From assembly GCA_964016885.1 (NCBI GenBank), contig OZ024745.1:43524001-43588000 (forward strand): a stretch of DNA of 64,000 nt, given 5' to 3'. Position 1 is the first letter of the stretch. The number at the start of each line of letters is the position of its first letter. The translations under genes and the position numbers were made by a program. This stretch comes from Eledone cirrhosa (lineage: Eukaryota). Under the pieces are notes generated by a model. The model was not told the origin of the DNA and made no database searches. It saw only the letters and a program-made list of their open reading frames with translations. Below, one piece after another: positions 63,613 through 64,000 of the stretch.

Positions 63613-64000
63613 GTATGTTATATACATTGTTAAAGTTCTATTATTATTTTCTCTGATCACAGTTTACTCAAAAGTATACATTTAACCAATCATTACTCTA
63701 CTTTTACCATTTTCTCTCATTGGGTTATCTTACCTCAATTTCATTTTTTATTAGATGAATGACCAATATCTTTTTAGAAATCAAAGTCATATTTTCAACT
63801 ATATTGATGATGATGATGATTGATATCAGATATAAATTCAATCATCTTCAAGTATATCAACTGGACACAACATTATCTAATGTTCCTTTGAAAATAGAGT
63901 GAAGCAATTTGAGCCCCAGGCTAAGCTGGCTCCAGCTAACAGTACCTGAAATGAGGCCCTATCCAGGTTTATGTCTGACATTAAAATGTTGGGTTAGGTT

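Overview
This is an AT-rich, repeat-dense animal genomic window. The SINE, RTE and microsatellite content looks like an octopus or other coleoid cephalopod, which is an inference. The + strand carries the middle of a large inositol 1,4,5-trisphosphate receptor (ITPR) gene: 26 phase-consistent GT-AG exons from 3564 to 63234, running from the IP3-binding core through the ARM/RIH coupling region, with both gene ends outside the window. The introns hold a 5'-truncated but uninterrupted RTE LINE ORF, a near full-length frameshifted Penelope-like element (RT + GIY-YIG) with a hammerhead ribozyme in each terminal repeat, and a non-coding foldback element with its own hammerhead. They also hold two oppositely oriented Chapaev3-type DNA transposon derivatives, many tRNA-derived SINEs, piggyBac-, Tc1/mariner- and hAT-type MITEs, LINE relics, a 5.2-kb 31-bp satellite and a 52-bp minisatellite. 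The main leads all concern processing of the ITPR pre-mRNA: three sense-strand hammerheads, inverted transposon copies bracketing an in-frame 807-nt exon block, a candidate 8-nt microexon at the SII-equivalent position, a recursive-splice-like exon followed by a donor-site minisatellite, and several long hairpins. All family assignments come from motif recognition; no searches were run.
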